Shown one piece after another: positions 26,684-37,491 of a DNA stretch of 64,000 nucleotides. The notes beneath the pieces are model-generated. The model was not told the DNA's origin. It made no database searches and saw only the letters and a program-made list of their open reading frames with translations. The translations under genes were made by a program, and so were the position numbers. Origin of the DNA: SAR92 clade bacterium (lineage in GTDB: Bacteria > Pseudomonadota > Gammaproteobacteria > Pseudomonadales > Porticoccaceae); contig JACNKP010000037.1 in assembly GCA_014381985.1 (NCBI GenBank), positions 51,604 to 115,603 on the forward strand, written 5' to 3'. Numbering within the stretch: position 1 is the first letter of the stretch; each line of letters opens with the position of its first letter.

Positions 26684-27262
26684 TTAGTTAGCCCTCTTTA
26701 CGAATTCAGTGAGTATCACAATTTGTGTGCCGTTGACTCGGCCTTCTAGTTGTTTGGGGTTATTTTCCACCAAAGAAATATTGCGCACCGCAGTGCCTCG
26801 TTTGGCGGTAAAGCCTGCTCCTTTAACGGTTAAATCTTTTATTAGCGTTACTGTATCACCTGCGGCGAGGAAAGTGCCATTGCTGTCTTTGTGCGTGATA
26901 GAGGATCCGTCAGAGTCACCGAAGACTGATTTTGCCCAGGCCAAGACCTCATCTTCCATGTACAGCATGTCGAGCAGGTCTTGGGGCCAGCCTTCCAGTC
27001 TAAGTAGGTTGAGCTTGCGCCAGGCCACAACCTGAACCGCGGGCACTTGACTCCACATACTATCGTTTAAGCAGCGCCAATGGTTTACATCGGTTCTATC
27101 TGGGTCAGTCAGTTGATCGTTGCAGGTATCGCAGACCACAATATTATGCTCTGTCGACTCGTCGTCATAGGGTGCTACGGGGTAACCACTAAGCTGGTCT
27201 GTGGCAGCGCAAAGCTCGCACTTTGAATTACTGCGAGTTTGTAGTTCGGAGTTTATGAGCAT
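26684..27262 (-). CDS. phnA: PhnA/YjdM-family zinc-ribbon protein (long form)
   Basis: Cys pairs CELC and CDTC. The C-terminal DSNGTFLAAGDTVTLIKDLTVKGAGFTAKRGTAVRNISLVE..VILTEFVKR aligns with E. coli PhnA/YjdM. The start is ATG 27262 or TTG 27310. Confidence 0.8.
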   Translation of the reverse strand: MLINSELQTRSNSKCELCAATDQLSGYPVAPYDDESTEHNIVVCDTCNDQLTDPDRTDVNHWRCLNDSMWSQVPAVQVVAWRKLNLLRLEGWPQDLLDMLYMEDEVLAWAKSVFGDSDGSSITHKDSNGTFLAAGDTVTLIKDLTVKGAGFTAKRGTAVRNISLVENNPKQLEGRVNGTQIVILTEFVKRAN

Positions 27263-27324
27263 AAAAAGAGGACTTTTATTATTAATTCGACTGTCTATTA
27301 TAACCGTCAATACCGGTATGCGGT

Positions 27325-28326
27325 CTAGTCAATTCCCTTGAACCGGCAATTTACTAGGGCCTCTGCTGCGGCCCAGCCTGATAAGACAGCCCCTTCGACT
27401 CGCGGGCCAGCGAAGGCATCCCCTGCAAATGCAAGAGGGGGTAGGCCAGTGCCCTCACTGGCTAACATGTAGCGATGCTCATCCATGACGAGTGGCTTGC
27501 TGTAACGCCAACCGTGAATTTGGTGTTCAATGACCTTGGCTCCGATTAGAGGCTGAGCTAAGGCTAACAATTTTTGGGCCACAGTTTGGTGATCATTCTC
27601 GAAATTTTTTGCGCTAAATTCACCACTACTATGAATAGTCACCGCAGGAATACTGGACACCCCTTTTTGCTGATTATCCCCGATCCAAGCAATGGGCCCG
27701 CCCGCCAGCATTAAGGCTCCTGGTGGTGGAATTTTACTGGGGCTATCTAAAACAGCCATCACCGCGATACAGCTTTCGTACACAATATGATTTAGACGAT
27801 CACACTTATCTTTGGGCAGTTGGATATTACCTGTTGCGAGTAACTTAATAGTTTGGGGGACGGGTGAGGTGATCAGCATCGCGTCAGCAGAAATAGTCGC
27901 GCCATTATCAAGTGTTGCTATCCAGATTTTATCTGATTGGGCAACATGAGTGACTCTAGCGGCCCTCAGAATATCCATGCCCTCCGCCATATTTTTGGCA
28001 ATCGCGGTCATGGTGGGAGCACCTCGGTATCTTATGTGACTATTGGGTTGTCCGGGAACACTGGCGTACCATTGTTCGGCCACACCGGCATCTACCCACC
28101 GATTAACCTCCTCGACAAACCTCGAGTGTCGAGTGGTCATAAATTGCGCGCCATGATCAAAGGTAGCATTCCCTATTCTGCGGCCTGCGAGACGCCCACC
28201 TAAACCTCGACCCTTATCCACCACTAGTACTTTATAACCTGAGCGCTGGAGGTCATTTGCGGCGCTTAAACCGGCAAGACCGGCACCAATAATTAGAATA
28301 TTTGTGTTGTGAGTAGCTGAAGTCAT
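27325..28326 (-). CDS. NAD(P)/FAD-dependent oxidoreductase (renalase / amine-oxidase-like)
   Basis: N-terminal dinucleotide motif ILIIGAGLAGLSAA..VLVVDKGRGLGGR. 333 aa. Confidence 0.8.
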   Translation of the reverse strand: MTSATHNTNILIIGAGLAGLSAANDLQRSGYKVLVVDKGRGLGGRLAGRRIGNATFDHGAQFMTTRHSRFVEEVNRWVDAGVAEQWYASVPGQPNSHIRYRGAPTMTAIAKNMAEGMDILRAARVTHVAQSDKIWIATLDNGATISADAMLITSPVPQTIKLLATGNIQLPKDKCDRLNHIVYESCIAVMAVLDSPSKIPPPGALMLAGGPIAWIGDNQQKGVSSIPAVTIHSSGEFSAKNFENDHQTVAQKLLALAQPLIGAKVIEHQIHGWRYSKPLVMDEHRYMLASEGTGLPPLAFAGDAFAGPRVEGAVLSGWAAAEALVNCRFKGID

Positions 28327-28336
28327 AGTTCGTGTC

Positions 28337-28492
28337 TTATGTTGATTTTTTGTGAGACGTTGCTTTGCAGCGTATCGAGCAAAATCGAACCTCGTCCCAA
28401 CTGCGTTCCCATTTCTTACGCCAGGTAAAAGGGCGCTCGCAAGCGGGGCAAATTTTAGTAGGCAGGTCGGCCTTTTTACGTATAGCAGGCAT
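28337..28492 (-). CDS. Small four-Cys zinc-ribbon protein, DUF2256-like (51 aa; not in the ORF track)
   Basis: My own translation is MPAIRKKADLPTKICPACERPFTWRKKWERSWDEVRFCSIRCKATSHKKST. It fills the gap between tauD and the FAD-oxidoreductase gene, with 8-nt and 10-nt spacers. Confidence 0.6.
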   Translation of the reverse strand: MPAIRKKADLPTKICPACERPFTWRKKWERSWDEVRFCSIRCKATSHKKST

Positions 28493-28500
28493 AAGTAGAC

Positions 28501-29331
28501 TTAGGCTGCAGTTAAGGCAGATCCTGCCAGCGTAATACGATGCATCAGTCGCACCTGACCTTGGTAGTCATTGTTGGCCTGATGCCACGTGCATCGATTA
28601 TCCCAAAAGGTAACCGAACCGGGCAACCAGTTAAAGCTGCAGGTGAATTGGGGTTGAACGACATGTCCATAGAGTTCATCCAGTAGGGCGCGGCTTTCAG
28701 TAAAGTCCCAGCCTTCAAACTGAATAGTATGACCAGGATTTACATAGAGCACCTTGCGACCACTCTCCGGATGAATTATTACAACAGGATGGGTCGCATC
28801 GCCAACACGATCCATACCACCCAATTGTTCAGATAGGTCAGTCAGTCGGTATAGTCCATTTTCACCATAGAGGTGAGTATTTGAATGCACCGCTCGTAAG
28901 TTTTCGATACGATTTTTAAGGTCTTCAGGCAGAGCATCGTAGGCCGCCGCGAGATTAGCAAACTGAGTGTCGCCCCCTGTCTTTGGCAAGGTGCGAGCCA
29001 CTAAAATTGACCCCATAGCAGGAATGGCATCATAAGAATGGTCTGTATGCCACCCGCCACCAATGTTAGTTTGCTGGGTTTTCTCTTTGCGCACTTCGGC
29101 TATCTGTGGAAATTCAGTCGTCGGTTTAAAGAATTTGTTGATGACAATACGGCCAAAGCGTTCGGCAAATTCCAAGTGTTGGTCTGGCGTCAAATCTTGG
29201 TTACGAAAAAATAGCAGGCCATATTCCGCAAAAACCGCACGCAGTTCGACCAACGCATCATTGGTTAAGTTAGCTAACTGCAGGTCAGTTACAACGGCAC
29301 CGCAACCTTCGGAAAACGCGGTGATCTTCAT
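28501..29331 (-). CDS. TauD/TfdA-family Fe(II)/2-oxoglutarate dioxygenase
   Basis: The WHTDHSY (H-x-D) iron motif and a distal His. 276 aa. Confidence 0.85.
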   Translation of the reverse strand: MKITAFSEGCGAVVTDLQLANLTNDALVELRAVFAEYGLLFFRNQDLTPDQHLEFAERFGRIVINKFFKPTTEFPQIAEVRKEKTQQTNIGGGWHTDHSYDAIPAMGSILVARTLPKTGGDTQFANLAAAYDALPEDLKNRIENLRAVHSNTHLYGENGLYRLTDLSEQLGGMDRVGDATHPVVIIHPESGRKVLYVNPGHTIQFEGWDFTESRALLDELYGHVVQPQFTCSFNWLPGSVTFWDNRCTWHQANNDYQGQVRLMHRITLAGSALTAA

Positions 29332-29349
29332 GGGTAAAGACGCTTAAGG

Positions 29350-30807
29350 CTATAAAAGTTCATTAAGCTTCTGCAGCAATATTTGATTAACCTGTTGCGG
29401 ATTAGCCTGGCCTTTTGAAGCCTTCATTATCTGCCCCATAAAGCCGCCCAGTTTTTTCTTGCGTTTATTTTCATCGCTATTGATAAAATCTTCAACCATG
29501 GTTGGGTTTGAGTCTAAAACATCAGTAACAATCTTTTCTAAAGCGCCACTGTCAGTGACCTGCTTTAGACCTTTAGCATCGATAATCTCATCGGCATTAC
29601 CTCCGCCTTGCCACATAGCCTCGAACACCTGCTTGGCCATTTTTCCGGAAATACTGTTATCAGCAATGCGCGCTACCATTCCTGCGAGTTGATCGGCAGA
29701 AACGGGGCTGTCAGCAAAGCCAAGGCCTGCGTTATTGAGCGCTGCGCTCAGCTCTCCCATTGTCCAGTTAGCGGCTAGTTTTGGATTTCCGCAATGGGTG
29801 GCTACGGTTTCGAAAAAACTTGCTGTACTGGCGTCACTACTAAGAACACCTGCATCGTATGTGGATAGAGCATATTGCTCTACAAAGCGCGCTTGCCTTG
29901 CATCAGGCAGTTCAGGGAGCGCGCGGCGCAATGCCTCAATAGTTTCGTCGCTAACAATCACCGGCAAAAGATCTGGGCAGGGAAAATAGCGATAATCATT
30001 CGCTTCTTCCTTGCTACGCATGGCCTTTGCAACCTTAGTATCTCCATTGTACAAGCGTGTTTCTTGTCTTATTGTGCCGCCATCTTCAATCACGTCAATT
30101 TGTCGTTCTACTTCTTTTTCGATAGCTTCTTCCATAAACTTAAACGAGTTTAGGTTTTTCGTTTCGGTTCGAGTTCCCAGTTTGGTAGTACCCATTGGGC
30201 GCACCGATACATTGACGTCAAAACGCATGCTGCCTTGAGACATTTCGCCATCACAGATGCCAATTGATGTAACAATACTGTGTAGTTTTTTAGCGAAGGC
30301 AACGGCCTCTTCGATACTGCGCATGTCGGGTTCAGAGACTATTTCAATTAATGGCGTCCCGGCGCGGTTAAGATCAACACCTGATGACCCATGAGGTAGA
30401 TCGCCTTCATGGACTGACTTTCCAGCATCTTCTTCGAGATGGGCATGGTGGATGCGAATAGATTTCGTGCTGCCATCTGCCAATTGAATCGCTACAGCGC
30501 CTCGCCCCACTATAGGCTTCTCGAGTTGAGTAGTCTGATAACCCTTTGGTAGGTCAGGGTAAAAGTAATTCTTTCTCTCAAATACAGAAGTTTTTCCGAT
30601 CTCAGCATCGATAGCCAACCCGAACATGATCGCGTAATGCACAGCTTGCTCGTTTAGTACCGGCAGGGTGCCCGGCATTGCTAAGTCAATAGCGCAGGCT
30701 TGAGTGTTGGGCTCAGCGCCAAAACTGGTGCTTGCTGCAGAAAATATTTTAGTTTTAGTCGCTAGTTGCACATGGACTTCAAGTCCGATGACGGTTTCCC
30801 AGTTCAT
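29350..30807 (-). CDS. gatB: Asp/Glu-tRNA amidotransferase subunit B
   Basis: [16 protein letters not shown]-terminus, 485 aa. The start overlaps the gatA stop by 4 nt. Confidence 0.95.
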   Translation of the reverse strand: MNWETVIGLEVHVQLATKTKIFSAASTSFGAEPNTQACAIDLAMPGTLPVLNEQAVHYAIMFGLAIDAEIGKTSVFERKNYFYPDLPKGYQTTQLEKPIVGRGAVAIQLADGSTKSIRIHHAHLEEDAGKSVHEGDLPHGSSGVDLNRAGTPLIEIVSEPDMRSIEEAVAFAKKLHSIVTSIGICDGEMSQGSMRFDVNVSVRPMGTTKLGTRTETKNLNSFKFMEEAIEKEVERQIDVIEDGGTIRQETRLYNGDTKVAKAMRSKEEANDYRYFPCPDLLPVIVSDETIEALRRALPELPDARQARFVEQYALSTYDAGVLSSDASTASFFETVATHCGNPKLAANWTMGELSAALNNAGLGFADSPVSADQLAGMVARIADNSISGKMAKQVFEAMWQGGGNADEIIDAKGLKQVTDSGALEKIVTDVLDSNPTMVEDFINSDENKRKKKLGGFMGQIMKASKGQANPQQVNQILLQKLNELL

Positions 30808-32258
30808 GAAATCCCCTCCGGCGCCTGTGTGTGCCAGTCGGTTACTTGCTGGAATTGGTGGGCAAGGTTTAGCATGCGCGCTTCGTCAAAATAATTGCCT
30901 ATAATCTGTAACCCAACCGGTTTCCCCTCAACCATTCCACAGGGCACTGACATGCCTGGCAACCCAGCTAGGTTAGTTGCAATGGTATAAATATCTTCTA
31001 GGTACATCGCTACCGGATCATCGCCTTTAGAACCAAATTTAAAGGCTGGCGAAGGGCAGGTGGGCCCCACGATAAGGTCGACGTCATTAAATGCATTAAC
31101 AAAGTCTTGTTCGATAAGCTTACGTACCTGCTGCGCCTTACCATAGTAGGCATCGTAGTAACCGGCAGACAGGCAATAGGTGCCAATTAATATGCGCCGC
31201 TGAACCTCTTCGCCGAAACCTTCAGAGCGAGTCCGGCAATACATATCCTGTAAATCTTTTGGATTCTCGCAGCGGTAGCCATATTTCACACCATCAAAAC
31301 GAGATAAGTTGGCTGATGCTTCGGCTGGGGCAATGACATAATATGCAGGTACAGAAAGGTCAGAATTGGGTAGACTTATTTCAACTAATTCAGCGCCTTG
31401 GGCTTCCAGATCAGCCAAGGCTTTCTTTACGGCCGCCTCAGTCCCTGGGTGCAAGCCCTCTGAAAAGTATTCTTTAGGAACGCCAATGCGCAAGCCTTTT
31501 ACTGATTTATTCAATGAGGCGCTGTAGTCGGGAACGTCACGGTCAACACAGGTGGAATCCTTATCATCGAAGCTAGCCATGCAGTTTAGAAGTAATGCGC
31601 AGTCTTCTGCTGTGCGGGCCATAGGGCCTGCCTGATCTAAGCTTGAAGCAAAGGCAATCATGCCCCAGCGAGATACTCGGCCATAGGTTGGCTTTAACCC
31701 GCTAATACCGCAAAGCGCCGCCGGTTGGCGAATAGAGCCGCCGGTATCGGTCGCTGTTGCTCCGGGTGCTAGTCTTCCAGCAACGGCTGCAGCTGAACCT
31801 CCTGATGACCCTCCGGGCACGCAATCAGTGGCCCAAGGATTTTTAACCGGCCCATAAAAGCTAGTTTCATTGGAGGAGCCCATAGCAAACTCGTCCATAT
31901 TCGTTTTCCCCAGCATCACAACCCCGGCTTGCTCAAAATTTTCCACAACGGTAGCGTTATAGGGAGGTATAAAGTTGTCCAGCATTTTTGAGCCGCAACT
32001 TGTCCGTACACCCTTAGTGCAAAAGATATCTTTGTGTAGTAAAGGTACACCACACAATGCGGGTGCAGAACCCATAGCCAGTCTTTGATCCGCTAACTGC
32101 GCTGCTTGCAGAGCTTGGTCTGCGGTAACAGTAATTACGGCATTGTATTGGTCATTAAACTGGCTGATACGGGCTAAAAAATGTTGAGTTAATTCAACAC
32201 TTGAGAATTGCTTACTTTGAAGCCCTTTAACCAACTCGGCGATAGTGTAATTGTGCAT
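30804..32258 (-). CDS. gatA: Asp/Glu-tRNA amidotransferase subunit A
   Basis: Amidase signature [12 protein letters not shown]. 484 aa. Confidence 0.95.
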   Translation of the reverse strand: MHNYTIAELVKGLQSKQFSSVELTQHFLARISQFNDQYNAVITVTADQALQAAQLADQRLAMGSAPALCGVPLLHKDIFCTKGVRTSCGSKMLDNFIPPYNATVVENFEQAGVVMLGKTNMDEFAMGSSNETSFYGPVKNPWATDCVPGGSSGGSAAAVAGRLAPGATATDTGGSIRQPAALCGISGLKPTYGRVSRWGMIAFASSLDQAGPMARTAEDCALLLNCMASFDDKDSTCVDRDVPDYSASLNKSVKGLRIGVPKEYFSEGLHPGTEAAVKKALADLEAQGAELVEISLPNSDLSVPAYYVIAPAEASANLSRFDGVKYGYRCENPKDLQDMYCRTRSEGFGEEVQRRILIGTYCLSAGYYDAYYGKAQQVRKLIEQDFVNAFNDVDLIVGPTCPSPAFKFGSKGDDPVAMYLEDIYTIATNLAGLPGMSVPCGMVEGKPVGLQIIGNYFDEARMLNLAHQFQQVTDWHTQAPEGIS

Positions 32259-32269
32259 TAGCGACTCAT

Positions 32270-32557
32270 TTAATCGATCATTTTAGGGACGGTGAATAGG
32301 CCATTGTCCGTCGCCGGAGCTATTGCTTGGAATTTATCACGCTGATTACTTTCAGTGACTTTGTCTTCGCGCAGACGCTGTGACACTTGAAATGGTCGGG
32401 ATATACCCTGTACCGAATCAGTGTTAGCAGTTTTTAGTTGGTCAACTAAATCTAATACGCTGCTCAATCGCTCTGTAACATCAGTAATGGTTTTTTCGTC
32501 AATTGAAATACGCGATAAAGTCGCTAGCTTTTCAATTTCTTCTCGTTTGATAATCAT
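32270..32557 (-). CDS. gatC: Asp/Glu-tRNA amidotransferase subunit C
   Basis: 95 aa, with [16 protein letters not shown] typical of GatC. It heads the gatCAB operon. Confidence 0.9.
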   Translation of the reverse strand: MIIKREEIEKLATLSRISIDEKTITDVTERLSSVLDLVDQLKTANTDSVQGISRPFQVSQRLREDKVTESNQRDKFQAIAPATDNGLFTVPKMID

Positions 32558-32869
32558 CTTTTTTGCCTGCGAATTACAATTATTGAGTCTATCCTGTGTC
32601 GCCTAGCCAATACGCTACTAGTTAGGTGCGATAAGTTACCATAATGGTGATATTAGGTTAAGGCGTTCGCCCCATAAAAGCTTTATTTTATCAGCATCTA
32701 CGTAAAATTAAGTAAATTAAATATAGTTATAGGAAGTTTCTCTCAAGATCAGCTAAACTCACTTATTAGATATTATGTTTGTCCGTCTCTCCAAAGCGGT
32801 TAAACAACGAAAAACAACAAGTTTTCTGCAAAACTTATTGCAGTAAAAGTAACTGAGGAAGTCCTCTAA

Positions 32870-33904
<1,035 letters not shown>

Positions 33905-33969
33905 GCTGATGACTAGGTAATTAGTTTTTTGTGGGTCTTTGAAGTATCGGGAGTAGAACAATTAACAAG

Positions 33970-34809
33970 GTGTTCGCAAAACCATCCTCCACCATTCGTA
34001 AAGTGGTTATTTTCTTTTTAATCGCGTTCGGCATGATGACGATACACTCCTACACAAACTGGTTTAGCTCGATCGAAAAGTTCGCTGACCGGTCGATTAG
34101 GCCGGTCTACTGGATTGCTAATATTCCTCCGCGTCTTGGAGGGTGGGCAGATTTAAGGTCAACTGATCGATCTGTTATTGAAAAAGAAAACCTGCGTTTA
34201 AAACAAGAAAGCCTTATTTATCGCGGACAGTTACAGCGTATGGCTGAGTTAGCTGCCGAAAATCTGCGTCTACGTCTTTTGCTCAATGCCACTGAATTGC
34301 TAACTGACAGCATATTGGTGACAGAGGTCATTGGGGTTTCACCCAGCCCAAAAAGTCATACTTTGAGTATTGATAGGGGCCTTCAAGATGGGGTCTATGT
34401 TGGGCAACCAATCTTAGATGCTGAGGGCTTGATGGGGCAAATCATATCGGTTTATGACAACCATAGCGTAGCGCTGCTCATAACGGACAACACACATGCG
34501 ATTCCTGTGCAGGTTTTACGAAATGGAATGCGGTCTATCGCTGAGGGCACTTCGGACTACAACAATATGCAGTTACGGTTTTTATCGCCGACTGCGGACA
34601 TACGAGAGGGAGACGAGCTTGTGAGTTCAGGGTTGGGGGGTCGTTTTCCTCCGGGTTACCCTGTTGGTTCGGTTCTGAGTGTTGAGAAAATATCAGGTGA
34701 AAAATTCCTTGAAGTCAACGTGCGCCCAGCGGCAGAGATTGATCGAAGTAAGCATCTTTTGTTAGTATTTACCTCACAAGACGGTCGTAGAAATGGAAAC
34801 GTCCAGTGA
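33970..34809 (+). CDS. mreC: Rod-shape-determining protein MreC
   Basis: N-terminal TM helix, a coiled coil (ENLRLKQE..ENLRLRLLL) and beta-rich domains. It sits after mreB. GTG start. Confidence 0.88.
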   Translation: MFAKPSSTIRKVVIFFLIAFGMMTIHSYTNWFSSIEKFADRSIRPVYWIANIPPRLGGWADLRSTDRSVIEKENLRLKQESLIYRGQLQRMAELAAENLRLRLLLNATELLTDSILVTEVIGVSPSPKSHTLSIDRGLQDGVYVGQPILDAEGLMGQIISVYDNHSVALLITDNTHAIPVQVLRNGMRSIAEGTSDYNNMQLRFLSPTADIREGDELVSSGLGGRFPPGYPVGSVLSVEKISGEKFLEVNVRPAAEIDRSKHLLLVFTSQDGRRNGNVQ

Positions 34810-35282
34810 CGTCAATGCGTTACTACTTGATCGTGATTTTCTCGCTAATACTGGCGTTGGTCCTGCAACTTATCCCCACCTCTGCTATTTTGTTGCCTTG
34901 GAAGCCTAATTTTTTACTTTTAATAGTTATTGGATGGGTTATTTTTCAACCTAACCAGTGGGGCATTGGGTTTGCCGCATTTATTGGCTTACTGGCTGAT
35001 TTAGTATTTAGATCGCCTCTAGGACTTCATGTTTTTCTATTTGTTTTTATCGGTGCAGTGCCCTATTTACTCAGCGGGTGGTTAATTTATTTCAGTGTTA
35101 TTCACCGTTCTGTTTTGGTATTTATACTCATTATTTTTTCCGAATTTTTACGTAATTTTATGTATTCTGTTTGGGGCGTGCCCGTTGACTATGGTGACGT
35201 TCCCTTGGGAGCGATTAGTTCGGCTTTGATATGGCCTTTAATCGATAGATTTTTGCTCAAGGTGCATAAAAAGCATCGTTAG
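34806..35282 (+). CDS. mreD: Rod-shape-determining protein MreD
   Basis: 158-aa polytopic membrane protein overlapping the mreC stop by 4 nt, in the conserved mreBCD position. Confidence 0.8.
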   Translation: MTSMRYYLIVIFSLILALVLQLIPTSAILLPWKPNFLLLIVIGWVIFQPNQWGIGFAAFIGLLADLVFRSPLGLHVFLFVFIGAVPYLLSGWLIYFSVIHRSVLVFILIIFSEFLRNFMYSVWGVPVDYGDVPLGAISSALIWPLIDRFLLKVHKKHR

Positions 35283-35341
35283 TCTCTAGCTAGAGCTGCA
35301 ATAATACAGTTATATATCCGAAATTAACTCAGGGGTTTTTC

Positions 35342-35959
35342 ATGTTGTCTGAACGGAGTAATCATGATGAGGATTCTGACCTTATATTGGCATCAGCATC
35401 TCCAAGGCGAGTCGACATTCTTAATCAGATTGGGGTTCGATTTAGCGTTGCGCCTGCAGATATTAATGAGAGTCAATTGATTAATGAATCATCGGCTGAA
35501 TTCGTTTGCCGGCTAGCATCTCAGAAGGCGAAGACCGGATATAATTCTCAAATAGGAAGCCAGTCCGTGCTGGGTGCGGATACACTTGTCCTATGCGATG
35601 AGCAAATATTTGGTAAACCAAAAGACTATGCAGATTCAAAGCGAATGCTTAGTCAGCTCTCAGGGCGGGCTCATAAAGTTATCTCTGCGGTCGCGATCAA
35701 TAATGGTGTTGAATCTGCAGTATTAATGTCTGAAACATCAGTGATCTTTCGCATTATCTCTGAGCAAGAGTTTCTCAACTACTGGAGTACTGGCGAGCCA
35801 GTTGGAAAGGCGGGCAGTTATGCGATACAGGGCTTGGGATCAATTTTCGTAGAATCTATCCAAGGTAGTTATAGTGGTGTTGTTGGATTGCCTATCGCTG
35901 AGACTTGCAGGCTTCTACGTCGCTTTGAAGTCCCTATCTGGCAGTCACTGTCAGTATAA
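35342..35959 (+). CDS. maf: Maf-family nucleoside triphosphate pyrophosphatase
   Basis: LILASASPRR and GKAGSYAIQG motifs. Confidence 0.85.
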   Translation: MLSERSNHDEDSDLILASASPRRVDILNQIGVRFSVAPADINESQLINESSAEFVCRLASQKAKTGYNSQIGSQSVLGADTLVLCDEQIFGKPKDYADSKRMLSQLSGRAHKVISAVAINNGVESAVLMSETSVIFRIISEQEFLNYWSTGEPVGKAGSYAIQGLGSIFVESIQGSYSGVVGLPIAETCRLLRRFEVPIWQSLSV

Positions 35960-35988
35960 AAATATCATCACTTAAAAGTACTTAAAGA

Positions 35989-37482
35989 ATGGATAATGAA
36001 ATTCTGATCACAGTTGGGCCGGGTGAAACCCGTGTGGCCTTGTTGCATAGCGGGGTTGTTCAGGAGCTTCATATCGAGCGATCTCAGAATAATACTTTGG
36101 TTGGTAATATATATATGGGCAAGGTTGTTCGTATACTTCCTGGGCTTCAATCAGCATTTATCAATATTGGCCTGGAGCGTAACGGATTCTTACACTTTAG
36201 CGATATTATCAAACAACCTTCCAGCCGAGGAAAGAGCGACAGTCTTGGAGCTACCGATATTCGTCATGTACTGCATGAGGGTCAGATAATCATGGTTCAG
36301 GTAACAAAAAACCCCATAAATGATAAAGGTGCTCGCTTAACGGCAGAGATTTCTGTGGTGTCCAGGTACTTCGCTTATTTGCCTGCAGGTTTTGGCAATA
36401 AGGTCTCGCATCGCATCAGGAGACGAGATGAACGGCAGCGCCTGCAGGACAGTCTAGAGACCATATTATCTAACTCTGTGACAGAAGGAGCCCCGCAAAT
36501 GTCAGCGGGAGGCTATATTATACGCACTGCTGCAGAGGGCGTTGCTCTTCAATATTTAGAATCTGATCTAAGCTTTTTACAACGCTGTTGGAGTGGTGTG
36601 GAGTCGGAAAAGGCGACGACAAAAAACATTGGCAGAGTGTTTCAAGAAATGACTCTTCAAATGCGAGTTATGCGTGATTTAGTCGACGATAAGACCTCTC
36701 GTATATTAGTCGATTGTGACGTCGCTTTTGAGGAGCTCAGTCAAATAATGAAAAAGCATCACCCGGATGCCACCAAACTACTCGTTAATTATGATGACGA
36801 AAAACCACTTTTTCATCACTATAAAGTCGATGATGAGGTCACTATGGCGCTTCAACGGAGAGTTAGTCTTGAGTCTGGAGGTTATGTCGTTTTTGATCAG
36901 ACTGAGGCGATGACGACTGTCGATGTGAATACGGGGGGCGATGTTGGTCATCGTGATTTAGAGAAAACCATCTTTAACACCAATATGCAGGCAAGTAAGA
37001 TTATTGCGCGCCAGATAAGACTGCGTAACTTAGGCGGGATAATTGTCATTGATTTTATTGATATGGATGATGATAGCCATCGAAAACAGGTATTAGGCAG
37101 TTTGAAAAAAGCGTTGCTTGTCGACAAAGTCGCCACATTTATTTCCGACTTCACTGAGTTAGGCCTAGTGCAAGTTAATAGAAAACGTACTAATAAAAGT
37201 CTAAAGGAGTTGCTGAGTGATAATTGTCCCACTTGTGAAGGCAAGGGTTCAATTAAATCTTTGACTACTATCAGTTATGAGATTTGGAGAGACATTTTAC
37301 GTACTACAAAAACCTATAGTTGCCAGAACATTACGATTCAAGCAAGTCCCGAAGTCACTGGATATTTATCAACTGAAGAAAGGACTGCTCTGAGCGAGAT
37401 TGAAAAGTCAATTGGCTGTACAATCGAACTTCGCGACGATGAACAATATTCTCGTGAACAGTTTGATATTATCCCGGTTTGA
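35989..37482 (+). CDS. rng: Ribonuclease G
   Basis: S1 domain (GNIYMGKVVRILPGLQSAFINIG) and an RNase E/G catalytic core. 497 aa, in the conserved position after maf. Confidence 0.9.
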   Translation: MDNEILITVGPGETRVALLHSGVVQELHIERSQNNTLVGNIYMGKVVRILPGLQSAFINIGLERNGFLHFSDIIKQPSSRGKSDSLGATDIRHVLHEGQIIMVQVTKNPINDKGARLTAEISVVSRYFAYLPAGFGNKVSHRIRRRDERQRLQDSLETILSNSVTEGAPQMSAGGYIIRTAAEGVALQYLESDLSFLQRCWSGVESEKATTKNIGRVFQEMTLQMRVMRDLVDDKTSRILVDCDVAFEELSQIMKKHHPDATKLLVNYDDEKPLFHHYKVDDEVTMALQRRVSLESGGYVVFDQTEAMTTVDVNTGGDVGHRDLEKTIFNTNMQASKIIARQIRLRNLGGIIVIDFIDMDDDSHRKQVLGSLKKALLVDKVATFISDFTELGLVQVNRKRTNKSLKELLSDNCPTCEGKGSIKSLTTISYEIWRDILRTTKTYSCQNITIQASPEVTGYLSTEERTALSEIEKSIGCTIELRDDEQYSREQFDIIPV

Positions 37483-37491
37483 GACCGCAGA

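Noticed and set aside
26684-29331. TauD plus PhnA, considered as a taurine or phosphonate catabolic cluster.
   Set aside because: PhnA/YjdM is a zinc-ribbon protein of unknown role, not a C-P bond enzyme. No tauABC, phn C-P lyase, phosphonatase or transporter genes are present, so the naming would be guilt by annotation only.
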